From Schizochytrium sp. TIO01 (lineage: Eukaryota > Protista > Bigyra: Labyrinthulomycetes), in the NCBI GenBank assembly GCA_004764695.1, contig SMSO01000035.1:1860001-1924000 (forward strand): a stretch of 64,000 nt of DNA, given 5' to 3'. The translations under genes and the position numbers were made by a program. The first letter of the stretch is position 1, and each line of letters begins with the position of its first letter. Below the pieces are notes generated by a model, which saw nothing but the letters and a program-made list of their open reading frames with translations, did no database searches and was not told the DNA's origin. This document shows, piece by piece, positions 23,201 to 33,437 of the stretch.

Positions 23201-26200
23201 GAGCTCATTGGTGGCGCTTGCAACATTCCTGAGAATATTCCTCCTCCGAGTGCGGATATTGAGGATCGCATGACCTTCATTATTAACAATCTAGCACAAC
23301 GCAATCTCGCCGAAAAGGTGAAAGAGGCCAAGGAGGTTTTGGAGTCTGACTTCTTTCCTTGGGTTGCCTTTTATTTAGTTGCTAAACGTGTGAGTACCCA
23401 AGGAAATTACCACACCCTGTACATGTCGTTCTTGGACCAGATAGACGAGCCCGGCCTCATGGAGCAGGTTCGCATTCGTACATTGGCTACTGTACGTCGT
23501 TTACTCGGCAGCAATGAAATTGTTACATCCACTAACGAACGCTCAGTTCTCAAAAACCTTGGTTCTTGGCTTGGTCGCTTGACGCTCGCCAAGAATAAGC
23601 CTTTACTTCACCGTGAGCTTAATTTGAAGGGCCTTCTGCTTGACGGTTACGAGCGTGGCTGGCTCATTGCTGTTGTGCCGTTTGCTGCAAAGATCTTGGA
23701 TGGCTCCAAGGGATCTCGTGTGTTTACATCCCATAATCCCTGGGTTATGGGTCTTTTGCGGACTCTCGCCGAACTATATCAACTCGCTGAGCTCAAGCTC
23801 AATCTCAAATTTGAGATCGAGGTTCTGTGTAAAAACTTGTTGATTGATCTTAAGGGTATCAGCCCATCGAGTATCTTGCGCTTCTGCCGTCGTCCTCAGC
23901 TGGAATCTAACCCGGACTTCAACTTCAAGGCTTCAGATAAACCAGCAGCTCCCCCCAGCCCCGTCTTGCAACAGCAGCAGGCTCAGTCTCAGCAACAGCA
24001 GCAACACATGGCTATGTCTCAGCAACAACAGCAGCAATCTCAAACCTCCTCTCGTCAGGATGATGTCAAGAGCAGCTCCATTCCGGAACACACGGAAATC
24101 CCCAACCTTGCTGCCTATGTTCACATCAACCCGACCTTGCAGCTCTTTATTCAGCAACCCAATCTTCGTAGAGTTGTGCCGGTTGCTGTCGATCGTGCTA
24201 TTCGTGAAATTATTCAGCCCGTTGTTGAGCGTTCGGTTACTATTGCTTGTATCACCACTCGCGAGATGATTACGAAGGACTTTGCCATGGAGCCGGATGA
24301 GAAGAGAATGCGCAAAGCTGCTCACCTTATGGTGTCGAATCTAGCCGGATCGCTTGCTCTGGTTACTTGCAAGGAGCCTTTGAGGGCTTCCATGAGTAAC
24401 CACCTTCGTCTCCTTCTTGCTTCGTGCGATAGCCAGGCTGCAGTGGATGAAGTCGTGCAGAACTGTGCTCTTGAGAACTTAGAGCTAGGCTGCATGTTGA
24501 TTGAGAAGGCTGCAACTGAAAAGGCAATGCGCGATATCGATGAGCAGATTGAGCATTCCTTGAATCTGCGTCGTGATTCTCGGGAGCGGCACAATCAGCC
24601 TTACTTTGATAGATCTGTATTTCAGACGGGCAATCGCTACCCTGGAGCCCTCCCTGATAATCTGCGGCCAACGGCCAACGTGCAAGGCCTCAGTCCAAAT
24701 CAACTCTTAGTGTATGAAGCCTTCCAGCGCGCACCGCGTCAGCCGATGGTGCCGCCCTCACGTTCTGCCGTCGGTGCTGCCGCTGGACAAATGAAACCTG
24801 GTGTAAAACCTGGCATGGCTCCTGGAAAGCCCAGCCCTGTATCCTCAATGGGTCTTGTTGGTACTCAGGCTTTAGAGAAGTGGCGTTTGTGCTTGATTCA
24901 GGTGAATCGTTTGTTGCAAGACCTTCTAACTGCATCCCCGGCAGCTCGGAGCGCCGGTGTTAATCAGTTACCGAATGACCATGAGATCTTGGCTTACTTG
25001 CGTGAAATGCGTAACATTGGACAACAAATTGTCCCCGGTCAACGCGATGATGCCGTACGTACCTTTGTTCAGCCTGTGTTCAAGCGGCTTTACGAGGTTG
25101 GATCTGGAGAAAAGCTCGTTCTTGAGGTTCATCTTGCCATGCTTGAGTTGCTTCGGGATCTTTCTTCTGATTCTGCATCTCTGCGAAAGAGTATTACCGA
25201 ATGGGTCATGTATGCGCCGGTCGAGCATAAGCTCAACCGTCAAGTTACAATTGGACTCATTAAAACTAAACTCATTATTTTGAGCGAGTTCGATGTGTAC
25301 CTCGCTAAACTTATGGAAATGGGACGCCAGCTTTCTGCTGTATCATTTGCGATGGATATTGTCCGTGAGTGCATTCTTGGCCGCTCTGTACTTATTACGG
25401 AGATGCTGATGACTCTGGATACCTTGCAAAAGATTTCTCTTACGTTTAAGCAGCCTGGTCAGCATCAAGTTCAGGAGATTCCAGGCCTGGATGGTTTGCT
25501 CGAGAATGTTCGTATGCTTGCTGCTGAGCACCATCAACAGCAACAACAGCAACAGCAGTCCCAACAACAACAACAGTCCCAGCAGCAGCAGACTCAGCAG
25601 CAGCAGCAGCAGCCACAGCAGCAGTCTCAGCAGAACCCATCGCCTCTGCAACAACCTCAGACTGCGCCTGCTGGCCAGAACTTCCAGCCTGGCTTGTTCC
25701 TTCGGTCTCAAGACCCGCCCCAATTGCGGCAACAGGTTGCCCATTTGTTGCACCGCTGGATTCAGCTTTGTGCTACGCCTGATGGAGCTATGCACGAGTC
25801 TGTTCATCGTCCTTATATGGCAATCCTGCAGCAGCAAGGAGCTCTTAAGGGCAATGAAAATGCACTGCGCTTCTTCCGCATTACCACAGAGCTGTGTGTT
25901 GAGTCTTCACTCACGCAAAACCCGTCGTCACAGGAATCATCTGGTGGTCGTACCTTCCCGAACAAACTCTCATACGTAGCAATTGATGCGTTCTGTAAGC
26001 TCGTTGTTCTTTTGGTCAAATATGCCGACCTCCGTGAGCGCACTTCTTTGCTGAGTATGGTTCTTGACGTAATTGCTGGCGTGCTTTGTCGTGAATTCTT
26101 GTTGCGTTCTCAACAGAATGTGGAGGCATTTTTGGACCAGCGCCCGTACTTCCGCCTCTTCCTTAACTTGCAGCAGGATCTTATTGAGGCGTACGAGGTC

Positions 26201-27382
26201 GAGGGCCTCCCTGAGGAACATGAGGTGGCTCTTTTAGCAACGTTTGCTGATGTCTACCTTCGCGTTATCCCGCCAAGTAAGCTTCCAGGCTTTTCTTTTG
26301 CCTGGTTGGAGCTTATCTCCCATCGTTGTTTCATGCCAAAGCTGCTGCGATGCCGTGATGCACGTGCCTGGGAGCTCCTGGAGGGTCTGCTAGTAGACCT
26401 TTTCAAGTGCTTGCAGCCCTATTTGCGTGAAGCTCAACTTACAGCGAGCGTGCGCGTGCTTTACAAGGGTACTCTTCGTGTACTCCTTGTTCTCTTACAT
26501 GACTTTCCTGAGTTTCTGTGCTCGTTCCATTTTTCCTTATGCGATGTAATTCCTCCAACCTGCATTCAGCTCCGCAACTTGGTGCTTTCTGCCTTTCCGC
26601 GGTCGATGCAGCTGCTAGACCCGTTTACTCCAGACTTACGTGTGGAGCGACTGCCTGAGGTGCAGAACGCACCTACGGTTCTTTCCAAGTTCAAGCGTGC
26701 TTTGGATGAAGCAGACCTTCTTTCAAATTTGGACGAATACCTCTCAAGTGGCCAGCCTGGGCAGTTCCTTGTGGCTTTGAAGAGTAAGCTTGTTACACAG
26801 AATGCAACTACTAATGAGGCTGAATATAATGTGTCTCTGATCAATGCTCTGGTGCTACACGTGGGCGTGTCAGCAATTAGTCAACTTGAAAACATTCGTG
26901 CCCAGCAAACCAGCGAAGTCCAATCTCTTTTGAACACCCTTCAGCAATCATCGTCCATGAATTCGATTACTTTATACACGAACCTTCTGAACGACCTTGA
27001 CGAGGAAGGTCGTTACATTCTTGTAAACGCCATGGCAAACCAGTTGCGCTTTCCAAACAGCCACACACACTTTTTTAGTTCCGTACTGTTGTACTTATTT
27101 CTGGAAGCTCGCCAGGACCTTGTACGTGAACAGATTACTCGTGTGCTTTTGGAGCGCCTTATTGTGCACCGCCCTCACCCGTGGGGTTTGCTTATTACGT
27201 TCATTGAACTTATCAAAAACCCACGTTTCCGTTTCTGGAATTATTCATTTACCAGGTGCGCTCCGGAGATCCACCGCCTGTTTGAGTCCGTGGCTCGCTC
27301 GTGTATGTCAGCAACCTCGAGCCAGTCATCTTCGTCTTCCTCTAGCTCAAACGCTCAGGACTCCTCCTCGGTACAAACCTGA
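20246..27382 (+). CDS. CNOT1: CCR4-NOT scaffold subunit 1 (Not1)
   Basis: 2378 aa. N-terminal QIRFLVESLTKK; MIF4G/CAF1-binding region LKNLGSWLGRLTLAKNKP and LKLNLKFEIEVLCKNL; DUF3819 VERSVTIACITTREMITKDFAME; C-terminal NQLRFPNSHTH and RPHPWGLLITFIELIKN. Contains poly-Q tracts. Confidence 0.97.
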   Translation: MGYFCSPVFWQIRFLVESLTKKSQQACTNEINEIVALYGQDAELFCLSCLVKEIDLNIVGSSRNQRDQVPLDMQAKLSVLSERVENLWSTRQGDFAVFMRRILEGAAALSKEAADEAITTGESPAGPKEPLRSINVQQLELVCRKVLQLNSSQQLCVGIGLSTSANKRISDEGARFLVSTLFESMDISDRDADADIVAKVLWVLRSQHVFLADAELSNSCLLALQDRLPKTFAKLTVAPFTLADPLCVNCLEQPDEEESLSLANIVGCIGVDGLMEDLGPSCTASTETLKSVLEPICTDRDTKLGNEDLAAILGMMARTQSSFCSGARGASGEDNPIEQLQSSFALLSTSDKRRSTNPSNNVDQKGWDVGIVVHVAKELSGGGIDADKVIQLLGTCAENLTPETLDKTGFDLIVRAYKLMKGGKPLPGMALLDISKTPGSLWENRGAQMALLFHAATAPADAVTFAAKEHQREIVAAPQDVKSSPSGAWESVDFVATLDTFAGSGYYQFVKALFEIAVDHYPETLLLGLLQIKSPFDALREETYAVLLPKFLQSIHLKVPPLQAKLDTVKAMWKLNHFVLLRALVALYARDASFLPFVVEIVRQQPDGMAKFLDLPITTLVFDAICCASRSDPQEYDLDRWLLERAKLVISQGQNQARAFARNLLTFVQRKAVGPQGAGPGVGAPLSPREIEIIFSRLSILAAEPGLLTPDFISELAKTYEACGGRGSFLNNLPDGASSTGNGSMPGSSSGGAAAGAAEKHSNALLQALYSANKSPMETVEALVRMKQSSNPADQNVFNGLVHGVLDKYRVLESESDRNVQLTGIIVGTFIQRQLISSMALGIALRYVLEALRKPTNSPYFRFGILALDQIKGKLAEWPQTAAQVVRIPHMRERYPDLVRELESVLATPINQAAAAAAAAAARDAASNGGTSTPQPGTLAAMANASSVVQQVQAAIRSPVAPGPYPLRGSERTEERYAAFSSRLDELIGGACNIPENIPPPSADIEDRMTFIINNLAQRNLAEKVKEAKEVLESDFFPWVAFYLVAKRVSTQGNYHTLYMSFLDQIDEPGLMEQVRIRTLATVRRLLGSNEIVTSTNERSVLKNLGSWLGRLTLAKNKPLLHRELNLKGLLLDGYERGWLIAVVPFAAKILDGSKGSRVFTSHNPWVMGLLRTLAELYQLAELKLNLKFEIEVLCKNLLIDLKGISPSSILRFCRRPQLESNPDFNFKASDKPAAPPSPVLQQQQAQSQQQQQHMAMSQQQQQQSQTSSRQDDVKSSSIPEHTEIPNLAAYVHINPTLQLFIQQPNLRRVVPVAVDRAIREIIQPVVERSVTIACITTREMITKDFAMEPDEKRMRKAAHLMVSNLAGSLALVTCKEPLRASMSNHLRLLLASCDSQAAVDEVVQNCALENLELGCMLIEKAATEKAMRDIDEQIEHSLNLRRDSRERHNQPYFDRSVFQTGNRYPGALPDNLRPTANVQGLSPNQLLVYEAFQRAPRQPMVPPSRSAVGAAAGQMKPGVKPGMAPGKPSPVSSMGLVGTQALEKWRLCLIQVNRLLQDLLTASPAARSAGVNQLPNDHEILAYLREMRNIGQQIVPGQRDDAVRTFVQPVFKRLYEVGSGEKLVLEVHLAMLELLRDLSSDSASLRKSITEWVMYAPVEHKLNRQVTIGLIKTKLIILSEFDVYLAKLMEMGRQLSAVSFAMDIVRECILGRSVLITEMLMTLDTLQKISLTFKQPGQHQVQEIPGLDGLLENVRMLAAEHHQQQQQQQQSQQQQQSQQQQTQQQQQQPQQQSQQNPSPLQQPQTAPAGQNFQPGLFLRSQDPPQLRQQVAHLLHRWIQLCATPDGAMHESVHRPYMAILQQQGALKGNENALRFFRITTELCVESSLTQNPSSQESSGGRTFPNKLSYVAIDAFCKLVVLLVKYADLRERTSLLSMVLDVIAGVLCREFLLRSQQNVEAFLDQRPYFRLFLNLQQDLIEAYEVEGLPEEHEVALLATFADVYLRVIPPSKLPGFSFAWLELISHRCFMPKLLRCRDARAWELLEGLLVDLFKCLQPYLREAQLTASVRVLYKGTLRVLLVLLHDFPEFLCSFHFSLCDVIPPTCIQLRNLVLSAFPRSMQLLDPFTPDLRVERLPEVQNAPTVLSKFKRALDEADLLSNLDEYLSSGQPGQFLVALKSKLVTQNATTNEAEYNVSLINALVLHVGVSAISQLENIRAQQTSEVQSLLNTLQQSSSMNSITLYTNLLNDLDEEGRYILVNAMANQLRFPNSHTHFFSSVLLYLFLEARQDLVREQITRVLLERLIVHRPHPWGLLITFIELIKNPRFRFWNYSFTRCAPEIHRLFESVARSCMSATSSQSSSSSSSSNAQDSSSVQT

Positions 27383-27758
27383 GTTTATATAAAATTTCTA
27401 CTCTGAACATCTTGCCGATTTGTTATCTACACTCTAAACAATATAAATATGGATTTTGTTGATAGCGAACCCAAACTAAACAAAGTGATTTTGACGTATT
27501 GGTATTACCAGCTGATTATTATTGTCATCAAAATACGAACTCAAAGTATACTATGCCGTTTTTTTTGTCTTCTCAAAACAAAAAATCTTAAACGGGTGCA
27601 AACAAGTTCTGGTGCTGACTCATAACAGGTGATTTTGTCGGGTAGAACGGAATCATGTTTCAAGATATACTGATGTTTGTTTATTTCTCCAGCTAGAGAA
27701 ATTTAGAAATAGATGTAACAAAGCAAAATTTATGGCGGAGAAATAATTTAACAATTGA

Positions 27759-28787
27759 TCAAGGTTTTACATGCACATCAATCTGGTCATCATCTTCAAG
27801 ATCTTCGTCCTGAGGCTTAAAGTTGTCGTTCAGGGTCTCGCCATCAAAAACAAACGAAACTTTTGATCGGTCAATGCCCTCCAATTCCTCCGTACAGAAT
27901 TTCGTGAATATTGGACCGATTGGAGCAGAGCTGCTACAGACTAAAACTTTTTCCACAGTTTTCCCTTTAATATTATACTTGAACTTAACTCGAATTGGAT
28001 CCGTTATTGCTGATGCCGTTACCCCAAGCGAAGAGGACGAAGAGGACGAAGAGGCCGATGCCGCAGCAGCCATTTTGGCGAGACTTTCTCTGCCAGCATT
28101 CAAATATTTTTCTGTCAATTCGTTGGAGTCAACTGTGTGGTACCGCTCTCGAAACTTAGTAAGCCCTTCTTGAACGAGACGGTTGATCTCCTCCTCGTCG
28201 AGTTCATCATCATCGTCAGCTAAGCAGCGTCTAGACTTCTGTGGAGGATTATCTTTAGGCATCAACATGCGTTTTTTTAGATTTTCGGAGAATTCGAGCT
28301 GCTCGCGGATAAGGGGATGGCTGTAAACCTTTTCTGCATCGACCTCTACATCACTGTCGCTATCGTCGCTGTCCGAAAGCGCAGTTAAATCCTCTTTGGG
28401 TTGTTCTTTGAAAGCTTTCGCGCCCTTAGATTTCTGTACTTCAAGGTCCTCGTCGTCGCTCGAATAAAGTGCAAGGGCAATATCTTCAGAGTCTATAGAG
28501 CCGGTTGTGTTTGTGGACTCGATCGAGTCTCGGAGTCTCGATCTCCATGATCTACCCTTGGGAGCACCTTCAACATCGCTGATTTCATTCTTCAAAGTGT
28601 CCCTTTTCACTGATTTTCCAAGAGAAGATTCCACTGCAGCCTTCCCTGACTCGCGTGTGTGAGATTGCTTAGCCGTGAGATCCAATTCGTCGTCTGAGTC
28701 ATCATCGGAATCTAAGTCTAAAACTGCTATTCTTCTGCCTTTGCGTCTTAGGGCGTAGATGTCATCTTCGCCATCTTGGCCATCCAT
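27759..28787 (-). CDS. Rad60/Esc2/NIP45-type protein with C-terminal SUMO-like domain
   Basis: Acidic low-complexity N-terminus with a SIM-like IAVLDLDSDDD. C-terminal SFVFDGETLNDNFKPQDEDLEDDDQIDV is SUMO-like with no diglycine. Confidence 0.8.
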   Translation of the reverse strand: MDGQDGEDDIYALRRKGRRIAVLDLDSDDDSDDELDLTAKQSHTRESGKAAVESSLGKSVKRDTLKNEISDVEGAPKGRSWRSRLRDSIESTNTTGSIDSEDIALALYSSDDEDLEVQKSKGAKAFKEQPKEDLTALSDSDDSDSDVEVDAEKVYSHPLIREQLEFSENLKKRMLMPKDNPPQKSRRCLADDDDELDEEEINRLVQEGLTKFRERYHTVDSNELTEKYLNAGRESLAKMAAAASASSSSSSSSLGVTASAITDPIRVKFKYNIKGKTVEKVLVCSSSAPIGPIFTKFCTEELEGIDRSKVSFVFDGETLNDNFKPQDEDLEDDDQIDVHVKP

Positions 28788-31646
28788 GTTGTCCTAGTAC
28801 TCTCGCACCTCTGAGCCAATGCGCCAAGACCAAGAGAGCAGAACACAGCAGGATCTGAGAATGAATTAATCCTAGAGAGGGCGATGAAGGAGGCGGCGAT
28901 GCCACGGAGCGGAGAGTAGGTGGTTTTGCAAACCATCCTGGGCTACCACTTTGAGTACACCATGTTCTGTACGAAGTGATGTTGAAGACCTATTTCTAAA
29001 TATAAAGTTTTTATTTATTTCCTACTTTAAAAAAAATAAAAAAAAATATATATATAAATAACCATCCACGCGTAAGTAAATCGGACAATGAATAAAGAAA
29101 GTGCTGTAGACAGTCGCAGCAAAAGGCCGTTTAGTATATTGATAGAATGCCACATTGGGATTCGAATTGGTCCTTGTGAATTAGGGGTCGAGGTTACATG
29201 GTTCATATCTGATATGGCATCGTTCGTGACTATGAGAGCTCCGCTTATAATATGATGTTTTATGTGCTAGAAAAAGTAAGATGGTAGTAATTAGTCATAG
29301 GTATCAATTGTATGGTTCTATGAGATCGCTCAGGCTGTCTTATTGATTAATTTCTTGCTAGGAGGAAATATTTCAATATAATATATGCAGAGTGGAAAAC
29401 AGCATTCAGGTACGTACGTTTTTGAGAGCTTGAGAATGTCTGCAGAGCATGAATTTGCATAACACAGGCGAGGAAGTTTTGAGAACTAGGGGACTATTGG
29501 GCTAGTTTTTTTTAGATTCCTTGGTCCCAGCTCTCTGAACTTTGGAATGTGGTGATTTGTTGGGGAGTGACAAGTAAAGCATTTTTAAAGACTTACAATG
29601 GACCCTTGGTTCTGGGTGCGGCTACCTCGAATAGCTTTTGTAAGAGTGCAACTTGGTCCTCCCATAGCGTCATCTGTTCATTGGTGAATGAATTTCTATA
29701 CTGTCTCCATGATAGCTAATGCGAAACTCCACGAAAAATGTTAAGATATTTAAAGATACATGTTTACCATGCTTTGAAACATTATATCTTGGTGTCATGG
29801 AGATCAAATCAACTCTTTGATTCCAGAAAACATCGATTGAAATCTCTTTGCAAAGCACACGTATAGGCCTATAGAAGCTGGAAGCACCTTTAAAAAAAAC
29901 AATGTTTTTGTTAATTTTAAAAATTGAAAATTGAAAGTAATAATAAAAACAGGGCTAATCAAAAGTTTATTCACAAACACTAAGCTCTATGTGCTTTATA
30001 AAAACTCTTTTAGGGTAATATACTTGAAGGCTGTCCCATTTTGAGGAAAGTACTTTGTCGCGGTATAATTAACTCTCGTACGTGCACTGCTAAACCCAGT
30101 GTTGTGTTAAGCCACTTGACTCGGGAGTACTCTTCACCAGTTCGTCCGTTACTCTCATCTTAATCTAAGGCTATTTCTACATTACAGGACTTTTGTTGAT
30201 CATACCTTAGTATTAGCTCTATCGGTCACCCTAGTGGAGAACAGCCAAATAAATCGTTCCGCAACGCGAGGAGCATTTATAAAGTCCAGGTATTTGAGAG
30301 ACTATACATACATAATTGGCGATTGAAACAACTTTCATGGTTCTTCGAATCGGCCAGGGTCAATTTGACATGCCAACACATTTGGCTGTGCTATTGTTTA
30401 GTATTATAAAGGAAGAGCAAATTGAGGAAACATTTGATTGAGTTTACGGTGTTACAGTGAAAAGAGATCAGCTTAAGCAACTTAGCGGATGCAGAATAGG
30501 GTAAGCCAAGGCGAGTTCGTGACGAATTTTATTTCTATCACTATCGAAAGTTATGCTTTGAGGTTTATACGACCCGGTGATGTTCAGATAGAAGTAAACT
30601 CGAGGCTCTGCGAGTGGAATGAAGAGCAGTCCAATTTGAAGGTTGCAAGACTAAAAAGAGTCTAAATGTGCCAGCAGTCATCGAGTCAGAAAGTCGATGA
30701 GATGTTCTTATATAATGGTTGTATGATGTAAAAGAATGAAGAAAGAGCGCTGGTTACCGCCGAAATTGGAATGAGCGTATTTCGGGAGCAGGAACTTTCT
30801 ACAATTGCTTCGAAAGATGGATATTGTACAGCCAACTTAGCTAGCGAACTTACTCATTTGATTTTTTCAGTGATGCTGTACTACTAGTAGTTTTAACAAT
30901 TGATGCTTCTGGCCGGCAAAACAAAAGAAAAGGAAAAAGGAAGAGCCTTGGGAGCCTAAAAAAGTCTATGGTTTTTAATTTGAGACCGCTGTTAGAGGGA
31001 CCCTCTCAATTTTCAGATTCGATCTCTTGAGAGCAAACCATTTTGAAGCATCTTTATCGAAGAAGCTTCCTTTTCGTTCCAAGTTTGCTCGTTAAGAAAC
31101 ATTACCCCTGGTAAACAAACAGGAATTCTTCTGGTTGCAACTTTTTGAACAGGCTCTTTATTTTCGACAGCCATGACCCTTTCCACTACTCTGGAAAAAA
31201 TTTGCATAGCCTCGCCAGAACACCCCTTTTTTGTACATGCCGTACAGAGGACAAGAAAAGAAAAAAAGAAAAAAGAAAAGAAGATGAAAAAAAGAAAAAT
31301 GGGTTTTGCAAAAGCAAACTGCAAGTTCTTTTTCAAGGTGGCTCAAGTTATTTCGCATGTTGGTGAATATGATAAAAAACTACCTTGTACACTGCTTTGC
31401 TGTATTAATATAATGGGGACAAATAAGGGGTAAAAATTGGACACGCCCTCGTTTTGTACATCTAGAACCAGTTATATGATACTAGAAGAGACAGAGGTGG
31501 GTGGTCCCGGCCTTTTTATCGTGAAAATTTTAGATTAAAGCTATATAGGTAATAGTGAATTACTAGTGTTCATTTTTTGGTGCACACCCACCAAAACGAA
31601 ATTCACTTGGCAATTTCTGAGCAGCAATCCCAGGAAGCGAGCCTCG

Positions 31647-32375
31647 CTACCATCGTGCACAGGCCTGGCGACCAGGTTGTACCCACGAGAGTCGCGAGAT
31701 TTCGAAGCTGACCTTCTCATGCACGACCGTGACTGTGGAATATTTATTCCGGCGAGCTTGGAAGGAGAGGTGGAGGTTGATAGTGGCAACGCTTTCCATT
31801 TGCGATGCCTTACGCAGCAATAAAAAGCCTTGCTTGTTAGTGGTTGCATCGCATTTTATGACGAAACTAGTACAGGAGGACGCAGCAAAGTCCATCGTGT
31901 CGGACGGTGGTGTGGCTGGTTTATCGATTGATTGCAGCGACCTGATGTTGTCAGTAAACGCGGCGCGCTGCGTAGGCCAGCTCGGTTTCTAGACATCCCG
32001 GTTTTACGCGGGATCAAGTTCAACTTCAGGGGTTTCGTCCTTGGCATCATCCACTAACTCCTCGAGATGCGCCAGGATTGCTTCGGGGATGTCTAAACAC
32101 TGCCTCTTCGCGTCACCAAAAGGATCAAGAGGTTCTCTCTGCCGCTTTACACGGGTCGCCGCGTCTCCGGCGCCCAGGCTCTCCGTATCATCGCGTCTGG
32201 CCACGGTCGCGGGCTTGGAGTCTGCGTTAGGAGTCGCAGCTCGCTTCGAACCCCGCATTGCTATCTCCATGTATCTAACAGACTTCATAGCGGCGGGTTC
32301 TACAGACACTGTGCTGTGAGTGCGGCGCTTTGGAGTTTCGGATTTGCTGGGATGTAAACCACATGTACACAGCAC
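31647..32375 (-). pseudogene. Disrupted ORF of unknown function
   Basis: ORFs 32004-32375 and 31647-31895 are in the same frame, separated by two stops. GC-rich relative to the flanks. Confidence 0.35.
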
Positions 32376-32393
32376 AGTGAGGAAGTGCTAGGC

Positions 32394-32631
32394 AAACTCA
32401 TAGCGGGAGGGTACTATGGTTTATACTACTAAGCCCAGGGTAAGAGTGTAAACTCATAGCGGGAGTAATTTTGAAATTCATAGCGGGAGGGTACTAAGGT
32501 TTATATTAATAAGTCGAGGGTAAGAGTGTAAACTCATAGCGGGAGGGTACTATGGTTTATAGTAATAAGTCGAGGGTAAGAGGGTAAACTCATGCAAACT
32601 CATAGCGGGAGGGTACTAGGGTTTATAGTAA
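32394..32631. repeat. Minisatellite, ~56-bp unit (AAACTCATAGCGGGAGGGTACTATGGTTTATAGTAATAAGTCGAGGGTAAGAGTGT)
   Basis: Core CATAGCGGGAG occurs at 32399, 32455, 32479, 32535 and 32601. Confidence 0.9.
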
Positions 32632-32699
32632 GTAGACGCCTTGACATTTCCCGATCATATTATCTCCTCTCAAGGGATTTTGTTTAACCAGTTGGCCCT

Positions 32700-32944
32700 T
32701 GCACTTACACGAGCACTACTTCGTCGGCTTCCTTCGCTACGAGCAGAATTCTGACGACGGTTTGAGTTCTGACGATGTTTGTGCTCATGCAGGCTTGTTG
32801 TACTTGTCGCTGATGTGGAGCCCTGCAAAAGTCGCCACACCAGATGCATCCGGAAGTGTTATGCTTGATTGAGCTCTAAGCTTTGGGGAAAGATGCCCTC
32901 CTGCTTCAGAGCCCACAATATACCATTCTTGTTCTTTATACTTG
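32700..32944. repeat. 245-bp direct duplicate of 49265-49509 (methyltransferase CDS fragment)
   Basis: Manual alignment gives 5 substitutions and two 1-nt indels. Confidence 0.95.
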
Positions 32945-33437
32945 CGACTATCGCGCTCACCACTGCGGTTAGGGCATATATACCAAAATCGGACAACAGA
33001 ATAATATGGGGGGACAAAGGGAACCATTTCATGATAGACCAATAAATCAAAACCTCTTTTTCGGAAAATTGGTAGCACTGGCGCAAAAAAAGGCGGACAC
33101 GATGTGGAGAGAAAAAGAGGGGCGCTCACCACAACTTTGAAGAACGTGAAAAGAGGTTTATAGGTTAGGGAAGTTTTAAGGTGATAAGGTGGACCTAAAG
33201 AGAACGTGAGTAAGCGTTATAAGGAGAGGTTTCTGCGTTAGGAAGGCTTCGAATTTCAAAATAGGTTGATAGAACTCTCTAACATAGTGTCAAGGGAATA
33301 ACCAACAGCCGGAGAGGGTTCTTGAACCATCACAATAACCTCTTTCTCGAATTATTGAGGCTTGAAGTCAAGGATGAAGGAGCTTAAAAGCTCCTCTCAT
33401 GTCGAAGAAGCTTTCGCAAGCGTAAAATCGATTGTGT

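Noticed and set aside
29150-29175. tRNA T-loop (TTCGAATCCC on the minus strand)
   Set aside because: No T-stem or cloverleaf.
31566-31823. HDRDCGIFI resembling a Ulp1 catalytic Cys motif on the + strand
   Set aside because: No upstream HW/D motifs. Probably the antisense shadow of the minus-strand relic.
32394-32631. CRISPR-like array
   Set aside because: The 'spacers' are near-identical to each other, the context is eukaryotic and there are no cas genes. It is a minisatellite.
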